A stretch of 63,504 nt of DNA, counting the filler, from Octopus bimaculoides (lineage: Eukaryota), in NCBI RefSeq assembly GCF_001194135.2. It is 3 parts of 3 records of this genome, joined end to end, with 100 filler letters (N's around TTAATTAATTAA, not from the genome) between each part and the next. Parts side by side here need not be neighbours in the genome. Positions count along the whole stretch, not along the records: positions 31,732 to 42,563 come from NC_068985.1; positions 42,664 to 63,504 come from NC_068987.1; 1 more part is not named here. One strand, 5' to 3'. Made by a program: the position numbers and the translations under genes. Shown here one piece after another: positions 38,943-51,712 of the stretch (its first letter is position 1; each line of letters begins with the position of its first letter). The notes below the pieces were generated by a model. The model did no database searches, was not told the DNA's origin, and saw only the letters and a program-made list of their open reading frames with translations.

Positions 38943-40329
38943 GTGCGTGTGCGTGTGTGTATATTATTTATATATATAAATATATATATATCGTTTTTGT
39001 ATTTGGTGTGCAAGATTTCTTATGTGAATTCGTGTGCTGAAACATGTTTTATTGTTTCTGAGGAGAGTCATTCTTTTAGCGCCTTATTATTTAATACACT
39101 CACCGGTTCGATTTCCATTCATTTACGTATTTATTTTTTCTAAAATTTTCGTTGCGTCTTGCAACCTCTTCAATGGTCGTTGACTGTCCGTTATCAGAGC
39201 TGCGTTCTTTTTGTTTGTTTGTTTCTTTCTTTGTGTGCATGTGTGTGCGTCTGTGTACATGTGTACATATATGTATGTATGTGGGTGTATGCATGTATGT
39301 GTGTGTATGTATATATGTATGCGCGTGTATATATTCATGTGTTTGTGTGTTCATGTTTGTGTGTGTGTGTGTGTGTGTGTTTGTCTTTATATGTGCGTGT
39401 ATTTGTGTGTGTACCTCTGTGTATATTTGAATGTGTCTATGTGTATGAGTTTGTGTAACTAGATACGTACGTGCTATGTGTGTCTGTGTCCTTGTGTGTG
39501 TGTGTGGAGTGTGCGTGTGTGTATGTGGCCATGTGTCTCAGTCTTCATTTGTGTATGTACGTGTGTGTGTGTATGTGTGTGCTTGTCTGTCCGTATTACC
39601 TATATATCTATCTATTTAGCTATCTGCTTACTTACACATCCATTTACCTAAATATATATTTTATTGTGTCTGTAATTTTCCAGGTTTATTATCTTATGAA
39701 TATTATTACTCTTGCTCGCATTTTTTCATGAAATATAATTATGTGCACGATGTGCAGACCTTGCAACAATGACTGATATTGAGTACAAGTTTAAAGGTGG
39801 TTGAAAGCTTCAGACTTAATGGGAGGTGTTACGGTAACAACCAGTTTATTGTATGCTGAGTCCTGAAAAGTATTTCAGGCACTTCAAAAAAAAAAAACGA
39901 TGTCAGAAGAGGTGAGGTTTGATTGTTTAATTACAAACCATTATAAAGGCTGGGTTGAAAGAAAATCAGACAGAAAGAAGAGGGTGCAGTTTATACAAAG
40001 TTGTTTTGTATTAGAATGTCCTTTTAACACGTAGATCGGTTAAAACTATATGAACTTGTATACTATTGTATACTACTCTGGTGAAATAAAAAGAAGACTA
40101 ATAGCAGCTATAACAGTTACAATAATAATAATAACATTAATTATACTCGTCATCGTCATCATCATCATCATTTTTACTATTATTGTTAAGGCGGCGAGCT
40201 GGCAGAATCTTTAGCGCGCAGAACGGAATGCTTATAAGCAAAATAAAACTTATTAAAATGACAGAACGTGAAGATAACTAAAACCCTATTCTCAATGTAT
40301 TAAGAATTAATAAATACTATAGGCTGAAG

Positions 40330-40925
40330 TTTTGTGGGGAGAAAGATAGTCGATTGCATTGACCCCAGTGCTCAACTGGTACTAATTTAATCGACTCCGA
40401 TAGGATGAAAGGAAAAAAATTCAATCTTGGCGGAATTTGAACTCCAGACGAAATGCTGATAAGCATAACACTGTATATAGCGAGGCAGATCCTTTGAATA
40501 CCAGTTAGTGTTCATCGGATGAACTCTACTAGCTCACCGCCTTAATACATAGTGAAATAGTCCTTTCTACTATAGGCACAAGGCCTGAAATTTTGGGGGA
40601 GGGGCCAGTCGATTAGATCGACCCAGTACGCAACTAATACTTAATTTATCGACTTTACAAGAATGAAAGGCAAAGTCGACCTCGGCGAAATTTTGAACTC
40701 AGAACATAAAAACAGCCGAAATACCGCCAAGCATTTCGCCTGGCGTACTAACGATTCTTATTTCTTTATTGCTCACAAGGGGCTAAACGTAGAGGGGACA
40801 AACAAGGACAAAGGGATTACATCGACCCCAGTGCGAAACTGGTACTTGATTTATCGACCCCGAAAGGATGAAAGGCAAAGTCGACCTCGGCGGAATTTGA
40901 ACTCAGAACGTAACGGGAGACGAAA
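40330..40925 (-). mobile_element. Stack of three SINE family B copies; the last (40760-40925) carries a different, LINE-like 3' tail
   Basis: Copies at about 40330-40550, 40560-40757 and 40760-40925, all on the minus strand. Confidence 0.8.
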
Positions 40926-40929
40926 TACC

Positions 40930-42563
40930 AATTTCATTATTACCCACAAGGGGCTAAACACAGATGGGACAATACACACATGCGGGGACAATTAACACAT
41001 GATAGAATGGAACAATGAAATTAAACAATGATGATGGGACGACTACCCCAGCCCCACCCCGGGGCGGGCGCGTTATTTCAATTATTTGAACAGTTCTTAA
41101 TAGTTCCTTTCACAGTCTTCGATAGTTCTTTTCAAAATTATCTCAATAATTTATCCAAAATAAAACTACTCACCATTTTATATAATCTTTTATTTCTTCG
41201 TAGTTCACCACTGGAGCGCTGGGTTCGAAATTCACCTCGGGCCCCAGTGGGTTTATATCTGTCGGGAAAGCCTCTTTTAATTTTTTATACTTTTCTTTTT
41301 CTATTAAAATCCATCTCGCCTCCTTATCGCAACGGTCCGAGAGGTCCACTTTGACAATGTCTTTTATTTTGGATATCTTCTCTATTTTTTGTGTGTATCG
41401 ATATGACATTAAATATATGCCGTTCCTATGTACCTCCTGCGTTTGTATGTCTGTTCTTTTTTTGTTTTTGTGATTCTGTACTACCATGCGTCTGTTCTTC
41501 TATAATTCTTTGTGACTGTATAGCTGTGTGTTTATCTGTCTGTGGTTCTGCATGTTTGTGTGACTGTAAGTCTGCATGTTGCGTTTGTGTGTCTGTGTTT
41601 TCAGGTTCTGTGCTTTTAGGTTTCTGCAACTCTGCGTTATCTTCTTCGCTTCCGAGTGTATGTATGTTTGTGTGTTTATTCATCTGTGTATCTGTCTGTC
41701 TGTGCGATTGTGAGACTGTATGGTTCTGTGGTAATGTTCTGCTGCTATTATCTTCTTTCCTCAGTGATCCCACTTGATCCTGTGATTTGCATTTTTTCCC
41801 TTGTTCGACTTTCGGCGATGAGCTCCTCCTTTTTCTCTTCCTTGATTTAGCTTCCTCAAAATCAGCGCTCTTCTCCTCTTCCTGTGACTGTTTCCTCTCC
41901 TCTATCACGCCTTCTTGCGTTTCCATTTCTTTGTTTTCCATTATTTCTGGGCACCTTCTTCTAATGTGACCTCTTTTGCCACATTCGTAGCACTTTGGAG
42001 GTCTCCCCTCCAACATTATGTCCAGTTTGTCCTCGTTAGGCAGTTCCAGTGTCTCCGGTATGTCATTGTAAACTTTCTGACTTGCTATAAAAAGCACATT
42101 CAATCCATAGCCTAGGCAATTTATTTGTTGGGTTCTGCTTATCATAATTATCCTGACATCTCCTTCTCTTTCACGAAAAATTGCTGCCATTACCCATTCC
42201 AACTCTATTTTCGGTGGGATCCTATCCACTCTAATCCACGTTGGACGTCTACCCAACTTATTGGGAAAGAGCATCCAATTTCCTTTGGCTAGTGCTTTAT
42301 TGGCGTATTTTTTTGCTGCCTCCTCCGATACAAATGTTATTTCTACAGACGCGTATGTCTTGCCTCTTGTAAAAAAACGACACATCTTGCAATTCCTTCA
42401 AATACTCCTCCACCTCCTACTTCGTTGCACTCTCTATTCTTTTATTTTTCCTTGAAAAGGATTTATATTCCACGACTCCAATTTCCATTTTCGTCTTTTC
42501 CTCCTCTGATGGGGTCAACTTTACGTTTGGCCCCTCCTTCTTTATCATTTCTTTATATTTTTC
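40930..42563 (-). mobile_element. Tx1/L1-like element carrying only a decayed ORF1 (RRM-like region plus CCHC zinc knuckle) and a 3' UTR
   Basis: ORF 41426-42385 contains CYECGKRGHIRRRC (CX2CX4HX4C) and a basic KRKRR patch. It extends upstream through a frameshift at the A7 run (42371-77) and a TAG at 42417-19. It probably continues downstream through a frameshift into 41170-41487. The 5' end is lost in the gap. Confidence 0.85.
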
Positions 42564-42663
42564 NNNNNNNNNNNNNNNNNNNNNNNNNNNNNNNNNNNNN
42601 NNNNNNNTTAATTAATTAANNNNNNNNNNNNNNNNNNNNNNNNNNNNNNNNNNNNNNNNNNNN
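42564..42663. other. Artificial scaffold join: 44 N + TTAATTAATTAA + 44 N
   Basis: Same structure as 31632-31731. Confidence 0.9.
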
Positions 42664-42706
<43 letters not shown>

Positions 42707-42707
<1 letters not shown>

Positions 42708-42925
42708 GAGAGGTGGATTGAAAAGATACTGGCTTTGGGTGAAAGAAAATACTGGAGTATCAGTTAATTATGATTTTATTCAACATATTCCTCTCTCAGA
42801 TTCACACACTTATTGCAGCAATCCATCAGGTTTTCTAAGCCCCGTAAAAGAACTTGGAATGTTGCGCTTCCAACTAGGCCTTTTGTGATACCCTCAAAGC
42901 CTGGAACTTTTCACCACCACTCTCA
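42707..42925. mobile_element. Mariner-type MITE flanked by TA
   Basis: TA|CGAGAGGTGGATTGAAAAG ... CTTTTCACCACCACTCTCA|TA, imperfect terminal inverted repeats. Confidence 0.7.
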
Positions 42926-44957
42926 TATGTACACACACACACTTCATAGTACTTTGGTTAAGTGTATTCTACTATAGCTCTCAGCTGTTCAAGCCTTGTG
43001 AGTGGATTTTCTACTTGGAGTCTGAAAGAAGCCTGTCATTCATATGTGTGTGACTCCCTCCTTGTTGTGACATTATGTGATAGCTGTTAAATGATTGTCA
43101 CTGTCATACAAGCAATGTCATTCATTTCCAATATTCCTTAAGAACAGGTTTGGCCATGGCCTTGCATCCAGCCATAGAAAATGTCCCTCAATAAACTCCA
43201 TCCAAACCATGCAAGTATGGAAAAATGGATATTGAAATGATGGTGATACGCGTGTCTGTATCTGTACACAAAGAAAGAAAACAGTATGTTGAATGAGGTA
43301 AAAGCCCATTCAAGAACTGCTTTGGTCTAAATGGTTTGCTAAAGCTTCCACAGATAGTGAGGTATGTTATATTTAACTGGTTTCACTGTTTTTAAACATG
43401 TATAGTAGATTTATGTTAGATTAAAAAGAAAGACCAAACCAGCTGCAAGAAATTACGTAACTGTTAACACCTCAGAATTATGAAGTCAGGGATGGGAGGG
43501 TGAAATAGGGGTCGGAAGACAGGAAAAAGAAAGCAGTTGTTATGTAATGTTTATTGCTTGATATATCTAACCATGAAATAAGCACGCAATAAATATATAA
43601 TCACATTTTCATATTCATACACACAAATGCTGACACACGTTTGTTCATACATACATGCATATGCTCATATACATACATACTCATTTGTTCATACATGTAT
43701 GCACATTTTTGCTCATATATATGCACATACATTAGTCTTTACATGCACATGTTTATCTGCACATGCACACATTTATCTGCACATGCACACATGTATATGT
43801 TTATCTATATACAAACATACTTTACCTATAGATGCATAACATTTCCTTGAACACGTGCACACATTCACCTATGCATTTCATGTACACTTTTCTAAGCATG
43901 TGCATACACATTCGCCTTAACATGTGTGCAAATATGTTCACACACTTTGGCCAAAACCTGCATCCACACATTAGTCTATATATGCATGCACATTTGTTCA
44001 TGCACACATACACATGCTCTTGCCCAAATGTATATGCTCAAATGCACAAATGCACACACCAAATCCAAACATGTGCACGCTTGCCCATACATACTCCTTC
44101 GTGTAAGGTTGTGCACAGACAATAAATTCTGAACACACACACACAATTGCAAAAATTTCACTTATGTTTTTTGTGAAGAGAATGGTAAATATGTTGCATA
44201 GTTATTACATATTGTTGTTATAGTTCTCTCTGTAACAAGAGTTTGAGTCTATCGCTATACACTCTGTTGTGTGTGTGTAATTGTGCCAACTATTTCTAAC
44301 AGTAACTTCAGCAACAGTTGAATATTTTTCAATGCTTTGAAGGAAGAAAGAGAGAGAGAGAAAACACAAACACACACACACACACAACAAAGCATAAGAT
44401 AAGAAAGCGCTTTATAAATTTGTACTAGCTCTGTGAAACCTGGAATAACTCTAATACTTTGGGGTAGAGGAATAGAGTGGGAGAGAGAGACATAGTAGGA
44501 GAAAGAAAGATTGGTTATCGAATAACTGTAACTCTGTCCTCTATGCATGATATTTTTTTTGTTTTGTTTTTACTCTGACTTAATTAAGGTATGTCATGGA
44601 ACAACTGTGCCAGCCAAGCCAGTGTTACAAGTAACATATGGATTCTGAATCAAGAGCATTTATTCTTGCTATATGTGTGTGTGTGTGTGTTTGTTGTCTT
44701 GCTGTTTTGCTTTCTCTTTAGATTTGCAATAACTTTGTCTATTTATAATACATCTATCAAGAATGCTACAAAGGTGACAGAATTTCCTCCTAGCTACCTA
44801 TTCTTAGCTGGGTTTTTTTTTCTTTTTTATGTTTTCTTTTTATTTATTTGTATATCTATTTATTTTGCATTTCTAATATTGGGAATACCGTCAAAGTTGT
44901 GTGTAGCCTGAGTTTTTGTGCGTCTCTCACTTTTCCTTGCTATTCTCTCTGAGTTTG

Positions 44958-45010
<53 letters not shown>

Positions 45011-46352
45011 CATATATATTCATGATGTATGTAAGTACATGTATGTATTTATACAATCATGTATGTGTGTATATATATATATATATATACATACACACAC
45101 TGCATATTCAAGCAGCATCTTTTCTTAGTAGCAAATTATGTCTATTAAAATTGTTGTGGGTAATCAATTGTAATCACTGAAAGTTTTGTGATATTCATGA
45201 TATTCAGCAATATATTGCTCTTTATACCCCCTTCTCTCTCTCTCTCTCTCTCTCTCATTTTATTTCCCTCTTGCCTTCATGGCCACTAGAATTATATTGC
45301 AGTCTTTCATGTGATTTTCATGTGCATTTTTTCAACTATTGTCATATTAGGAAATGGTTTAATCTGAAAATTATATGAATCTATAAAGAACAACCTAAAA
45401 AAGATGTCTTATGCTATTTGATCTTCCATTGCTGTTTGGATTTTGGTAAATCAGTTTTGAAAAACCAGGATTGATGTTGATGACATGTAACTCTTGGTAA
45501 ATTAAATGCTGTAGGTTCAGAGTAGATGTCATAGACCTTTGTCGTATCAAAAGATGAATGAAGATTCTGTAATCTAGGTGTTAGGAAAGTGGCCATTATT
45601 GACTGATAGTGGCCTATGTGGTTTTTCCAGGTGCTATAAACACCTGAAATGATTTTGGACATTAAGGGTGCTGAATTATTAATGAACTGACTTTGGAAGA
45701 GAGTGGTAATTTAAGGCTAAAATTCATTTATTTCTATCCAAATATCGATGCAGTATCTAGTATTCACCAAACATATTTCACATATATTCCAACTATATCA
45801 ATATAATATGACTGAATTTTTATTCGGTTATATTATTCAACATGACTTGCAGAAAATACAAATTATAATTTTTGATAGATATTTGACATCATTTCTGGAA
45901 TAACCATGAAATTTAATTCCACTCATCAATGATATATGAAGTTTGCTGACCCTACTTTAATTCATTCTAATCAGCTGCATATTTACCTAATCTGATGCAT
46001 ATATTGTAATCAACTGCTTGCTTGTAAAGGTACATAACATTTCAGAACAATATATAGTGTATGAGATTTATTATAAAATTGGTTATGACTACATATTTAC
46101 GTTATAAAAAGGTGTGTTTGATTATAGTGTCAGAAATAACTACTTTAAATACAGTAATTAGGAAAAATAACGATTAGAAAGTTAGCTCACATTTGTGTCA
46201 GGCGAAGCAAATAAGGGAGACAATTTTGAATGTCTCTGGATTCTCAGTCATCGGCAGTCATAACCATTATTTGTTGGACCTGTAAATAGATAGATAATTA
46301 GCTATGTAAAAATGGACACAAAGTAGTTTGGAAATTGAGAGTGATTATTTAA

Positions 46353-46576
46353 CCCTTTTGTTAACATATTTCTGTTAAACTATGTTGCTTTTGATTCAAT
46401 TAATTTTGAAAATAATTAAAAAAATTAATAGGAAAAGCTTTGTCATCAGTAAGCTGGTACTTGAAACAAAAATTAACATGAAATTTTGATGGAAAGTTTT
46501 AATTTAGATCACTTTAGAACAAGAAGTTTGTGTCATAGAAGCTGGGATGGTCTTAGGCAGGTTGGTATCAAACAGG
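46353..46576. mobile_element. piggyBac-like MITE family 1
   Basis: TTAA|CCCTTTTGTTA... end. Related copies at about 49567-49765, 50905-51115, 59448-59654 (ends AAAGGG|TTAA) and 62517-62702 (ends AAAGGG|TTAA). Confidence 0.7.
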
Positions 46577-47419
46577 CTAATTAATAAAGAGGCACAGGTC
46601 ATTATTTTCATGTAGTAATAAAAAGAAAAAGGTGGGTTTTATTATATACAGTGTTTTTAATATCTAAAAACCAGTTTTTTTTTTTGTTTTTTTCTTTTTG
46701 CAACTTCAGAAATAATTTAAATTGGCACTCCATTGGTTAGAACAACGAGGGTTCAGTTGATCCAATCAGCAGAACAGCCTGCTCATGAAATTAACATGCA
46801 TGTGGCTGATCACTCCAGACATGTGTACTCTTAACAAAGTTTTCTGGGAGATTCTGTCACACAGAATCTCCCTGAAAGTGTGACAAGGCTGGCTCTTTGA
46901 AATACAGATACTACTCAATTTTGCTAGCTGAGTGGACTGAAGCAACATGAAATAAAGTGTTTTGCTCAATGACACAACACCTTGCTGGGAATTGAACTCC
47001 CAACTTTGCAATCGTGAGCTGAATACTCTAAACACTAAACCATGTGCCTTCAGAAATAACTACTGTAAAGTTAAAATGATGTGTTGAAAAGCAAAAAAAA
47101 AATGTTGGAAATATAATTTCAATTCAGAGTTTAGCTTATTATGACAATCTACAATTTGTTTCCTAACTCTGAAATATTGATACAAATGAACAACAGTGTG
47201 CTGTAAGATCCAGGAAATGGTAATCTAAATAATACAGAGTTTCAGTGGTAATCTGGGTGGAGTTCAGTGATAGAGGTGGTCATTGAAGGTGACAGTGGTC
47301 CAAGAAGTAGGACAGAAGGGAGATTTGAGAGAGGAACAGGTTCAATCAGGCAGGTATGCGTACATGTATGCATTGACTGGAGTTGTCATTGTATATCACT
47401 TGTACTGGTACATCCTTTG

Positions 47420-47663
47420 AGCAGATTTGACATAGTGCCAGTACCGCCTGACTGGCCTTTTCGTGCGGGTGACACGTAAAAGTACCCACTACACTCTCTG
47501 AGTGGTTGGCGTTAGGAAGGGCATCCAGCTGTAGAAACTCTGCCAAATCAGATTGGAGCCTGGTGTAGCCATCTGGTTTCACCAGTCCTCAGTCAAATCG
47601 TCCAACCCATGCTAGCATGGAAAGCGGACGATAAACGATGATGATGATGATGATGATGATGAT
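47420..47663 (+). mobile_element. RTE-related short element (family E) ending CATGCTAGCATGG...(GAT)n
   Basis: Near-identical reverse-complement copy at 57845-58180. Shorter 3' pieces at 53603-53655 and 61197-61295. Confidence 0.75.
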
Positions 47664-48464
47664 ACTCAAAATCCTGTACAATAACTCACAACTCCAGCTT
47701 ATAAGACATTGAAGATATTCGTTGTTGTAATGAAGTTAACCTGTATTCAAATAATATTCACTCCATCTTTCTTGTGTGACTCACTGTTTGTTGTAAATTA
47801 GTTAAGTACTAAAGATATAGTACTTGATACAAGCACTGTTGATTTAAAACAAGCAAAAAAAAAAAGACACTAAAAGATTTGTTAAGGGGTAAATTTAACT
47901 GCTTTATTGAGCTTATTAAATGCCCCACCCTACCCCCACCATCGCATCTGTTTCCTTAGATTGAGATGGTAGTTGTTTCGCCCTAGGTCAACTATGATCT
48001 GTGCCATTCCAACCATAACCTTCCTATCCTTTTTTTAATCAGACTTTTTATTTTTCTATTATTTTACTTTTAATGTATAGTTTGCTTTGAAAGAGATTTG
48101 GTTATTATTTCCAGCAGGTCTAATGGACCATATAAAGGCCTTCCTATTAAGTTTTATTAGAAAATTGTGATAGGCCCTCTTATGATGTAATTTTGAGTCT
48201 GTCAACAAATGATATATGACAGGGAAAAATTATGACTCGAAACCAGCAGTACTAATATACAGATTTTATTTGATAATCACCAAACATTTTCAGATGGATT
48301 ACTAAAAAAATTGATGATAAAAGCTTATTTTTTCTACTTAGACTCAGTTGATGTGGATTTTTCCACTTTAATACACAAGGGATAAATAAATTATTTATTG
48401 TACTATTAATGTTTGATTGGTTTATATTAATACTAATATATTACTTTTTTTCTTCTTTTCACAG

Positions 48465-48509
48465 GAGAGCTTTAGAAGAACGCGGAACAATGAATTTCGG
48501 ATATTCACG
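48465..48509 (+). CDS. 45-nt symmetric internal exon, product unidentified
   Basis: ttactttttttcttcttttcacag|GAGAGC...TTCACG|gtaaat. Open in phase 0 (ESFRRTRNNEFRIFT) and phase 2 (RALEERGTMNFGYS). Retains 4 CpGs in a CpG-depleted region. Confidence 0.6.
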
Positions 48510-49988
48510 GTAAATATTGCTCATGTTTAGAGTTATTTTGTTAATGCTGGTTGTCTTATAATTGATATTTTGTTAATGAGGATGTGTATTACACTAACCT
48601 TGTGGTTATCATATATGTGACAGTTTCTTCCGTTTTAAGAAACTGAAAATATCATATTTCTTATGCTGACTCTATCTTATTGTTGACACACACAGAAAAG
48701 TCATTTACAGCAATTATACCTTGTATTATCCCCAGGTGTATTGCAACTTTTTGAGATCAGTCAAATAATGCTGGGATTTATCTTTTATCTTTCACCTGTT
48801 TCAGTCACTGGTTTGCAGCCATGCTGGGGCACTACCTTGAAGAATTTAGTTGAACAAATCAACCCCAGTATTATTTTTATTGTTCAAGTCTGGTACTTAT
48901 TATATAGGTCTCGTTTGCCAAACTGCTAACTTATGGGAATCGAAACAACCCGACACGCACACACACACACACACACATGATAAGCTTTGGATTTCTGTTA
49001 ACCAGACCCATTCACAAAGGCTTTGATCAGCCTAGACTTTCAATGACATTGGAGGGAAATATTTTGGTCTAGCAAATCTATCCTTATCTCCTTCAGTGAG
49101 GATTACATTGTTCTTGGGCAAGAAAAATGTCAGTCCATCAGCTGAAGCTAAATCCAGATTTAAATAAATAAAAATACAGATTTGTCTCGATTTTATGAAA
49201 ATAGACAAACATTCAGATGACAGGCCAAAGTTGTTTATGTGGGGTAACTTTATATTAAAGCATGGAACATGCAATTTCCTGCAATTCAGACCACCTCATG
49301 GTCCCAGCAGACAAAATGGTAAAAGTGTTGCCCCAGAGGATGGCTATAATTAAAGACACTTGTCCAAGGTGCCACACGGTGAGATTGAATGAATCTGAAA
49401 CCATGTAATTGGGGAGCAACCTTCTTTACACTATTGCATGTCTTCCTTTGTGACAAAGTACAATGCTTATATATACATGTCTCTCTTTAAAACTTATTCA
49501 GTACTCGCTCTTTTGTTTTATGCATTAAACTTTTAAATTAAAAGTTGGTGTTCCATAACATTTCAACTCTTTTGTTACCATATTTTTGCGGAAATTCAGT
49601 CTTTGTTTTAAAAAAATAATTTAGTGAAATAACTGTATTAAGCTAATGTTTTGATCATTAATTTATATAAAATTTTGATAAAAGATATTACTTTTGATTA
49701 CTTTTAAGCAAGAAGTTTGTATTGTAGGGCTAAGGGTAATTTCAGGTGGGTTGCTTTCAAAAGGGCTTATATTGTATTCACTGTGCTGTAGATGGAAAAC
49801 ATTTTGAAATTTACTGTACACAGTCTTGTGAACCAGATGTGGAGGTAGCTTCTATGCTGCTATTGTTCAGTGTATTCAACAGAGCAGCATCAAATGTCTC
49901 TTCGTAAGCTACTGAGATAGCACCTGTATAACTTGATTGACTAGAAGCAGCAATTTAATCTCCCTCAAACTACATTCTAATACTTTAA

Positions 49989-50397
49989 CCCTTTAGCATT
50001 TAAACTGGCCTCATCCTGCCCGAATATCCTACCTGTTTCATGTTCAAACTGACCAGATCTGATCTCATACATTTACTCTACAATCACATCATCAAAATCT
50101 CAAAGCTACGAGGTACTGCGTGATAAACCCTTTAGCATTTAAACAGGTCATATCCAGCCAAAATTTTCTATATGTTTTGTGTTTAAACTAGCTAGATCTG
50201 GCCTCTCACACCTACCCTACAATTTGACATAAACAATCACATCTTCGAAATCTCAGTTACAAGATAATGCATAATTAATTCAAACCAATGGGAATAAAAA
50301 GGCATACATTTGACAGAGTAACCTGAATACTAAAGAGTTAATTCAAAACAATATAATTAAATATTACATTTGATAGAATAATCTGAATGCTAAAGAG
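49989..50397. mobile_element. piggyBac-like MITE family 2, with a second copy (50128-50337) nested inside
   Basis: Two CCCTTTAGCATT heads and two AAT(A/G)CTAAAGAG|TTAA tails. TTAA at 49985-88, 50338-41 and 50398-401. Confidence 0.75.
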
Positions 50398-51370
50398 TTA
50401 AAAGAGGAAGACAAATTGAATATTGTAGTCCAAGTTATGCAAAAACAAAACGTGATCTTCACAGCTGGAATTACTTCAAACTTATATTCCCTTACTCAGG
50501 ACTAACCTTGGATGAAACAGCAAGTCTATTACCATTAGAATTGGAACTATATGTTTTTAAGTTTCAAAACTGTGATTATTATAAAGTTTAGAAAATGGGA
50601 TGTTACTGAGTAGAATGCTGATCAAATGCTGAAATTGATCGAGAATTGAATCTATGATGCTCTATTAATGTATCTAGAGTACTGGATCTAATGGTCACTG
50701 AAACATTTAAGAACTCTGCACATTCAATGTTTCTACCAGAGATTTATTCTCTTTCATTACTCACAATGGTTTTTCACCTCTGTCAACTTCAGTGAGAGCA
50801 CTGTTGCTAAACCTGACAACAGCAAAGTGTTCACTTGAGTTTAGAATGAGAGCCTCTTATTTTGTCCCTTCATACTCTTTTTATGATTAGAAAACTTTTT
50901 AGATGTTCTCATTACCATATTTCTGTTGAAATAAACTGCTTTTGTTTCAATTTGTTTGAAAAATAATGAAGGAATTATTAAAATAACTTTCGTTATTAAG
51001 CTGGTGTTTAGAACATAGGCACGAGATTTTGATGGAAGGTTTTAATTTTATTTTAAGATCACTTGAAAATGAGTTTGCTTCATAGAATGGGGAGGATGAG
51101 TGTTTCAAGAAAGGGTTAAAATGGAGCATGTGCCAACAGACATACTTATCCCATGCTTTATTAACTCTCTAAGGTTTATTAATGGCCCCCACAAGCTTCC
51201 TTTTGTACATAAGTAATATATTTATTGTCACTTATATTAAGCACACATTTCTAATACAACAATATTCTTTACCACTCCTTAAGTTCTTCACTTTCTATAG
51301 AGCACAAGCCATCAACAACTTTTCTCTGCCATTCTTAAATCTGAGCTGTCTTTTCTTCTTCTCTCTAGTT

Positions 51371-51712
51371 CAGTAGTTCTCAACCAGGATCTGTATATGG
51401 CCCCAGGAGGGCGGGGGGTTCCATGTAAGGTTTTTGGGGATTAATGCAAGCAAAATTGAGGATTCACAGTAGTATATTAAGGATTCATGAAAAAATTTTG
51501 CTTTTGATGTATTTAATGTAAGAAGGCTAAGTTTCTTTCTCTAACATTTTACATAGTTCAACCTACACAAGTTAATGTATGAAAAAACAAAACAAGAACT
51601 TTAAAAGGTGTATCTATAAGACTAATTTTTAAGCATAAAATGGCTATGGGGGTCCAACAGAGGTAAACTAGTTATCAAAGGGGTCCATCGGTAAAAAATG
51701 GTTGAAACACTG
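51371..51712. mobile_element. hAT (Charlie-like) MITE with 8-bp target-site duplication
   Basis: CAGTAGTTCTCAACC ... GGTTGAAACACTG. Flanks CTCTAGTT and CTCTATTT match at 7/8. Confidence 0.8.

Noticed and set aside
43620-44130. His/Thr/Cys-rich ORFs in a CA/TA-rich block
   Set aside because: Decayed microsatellite-like sequence with CpG loss and no domain signal.
45414-45662. 82-aa minus-strand ORF containing YSTW, reminiscent of chromodomain YSTWEPE
   Set aside because: Wrong strand for the Cbx exon and the following residues do not match.
47267-47353. G/R-rich frame ending at CAG|GTATGC
   Set aside because: No credible acceptor upstream and an in-frame stop just before.
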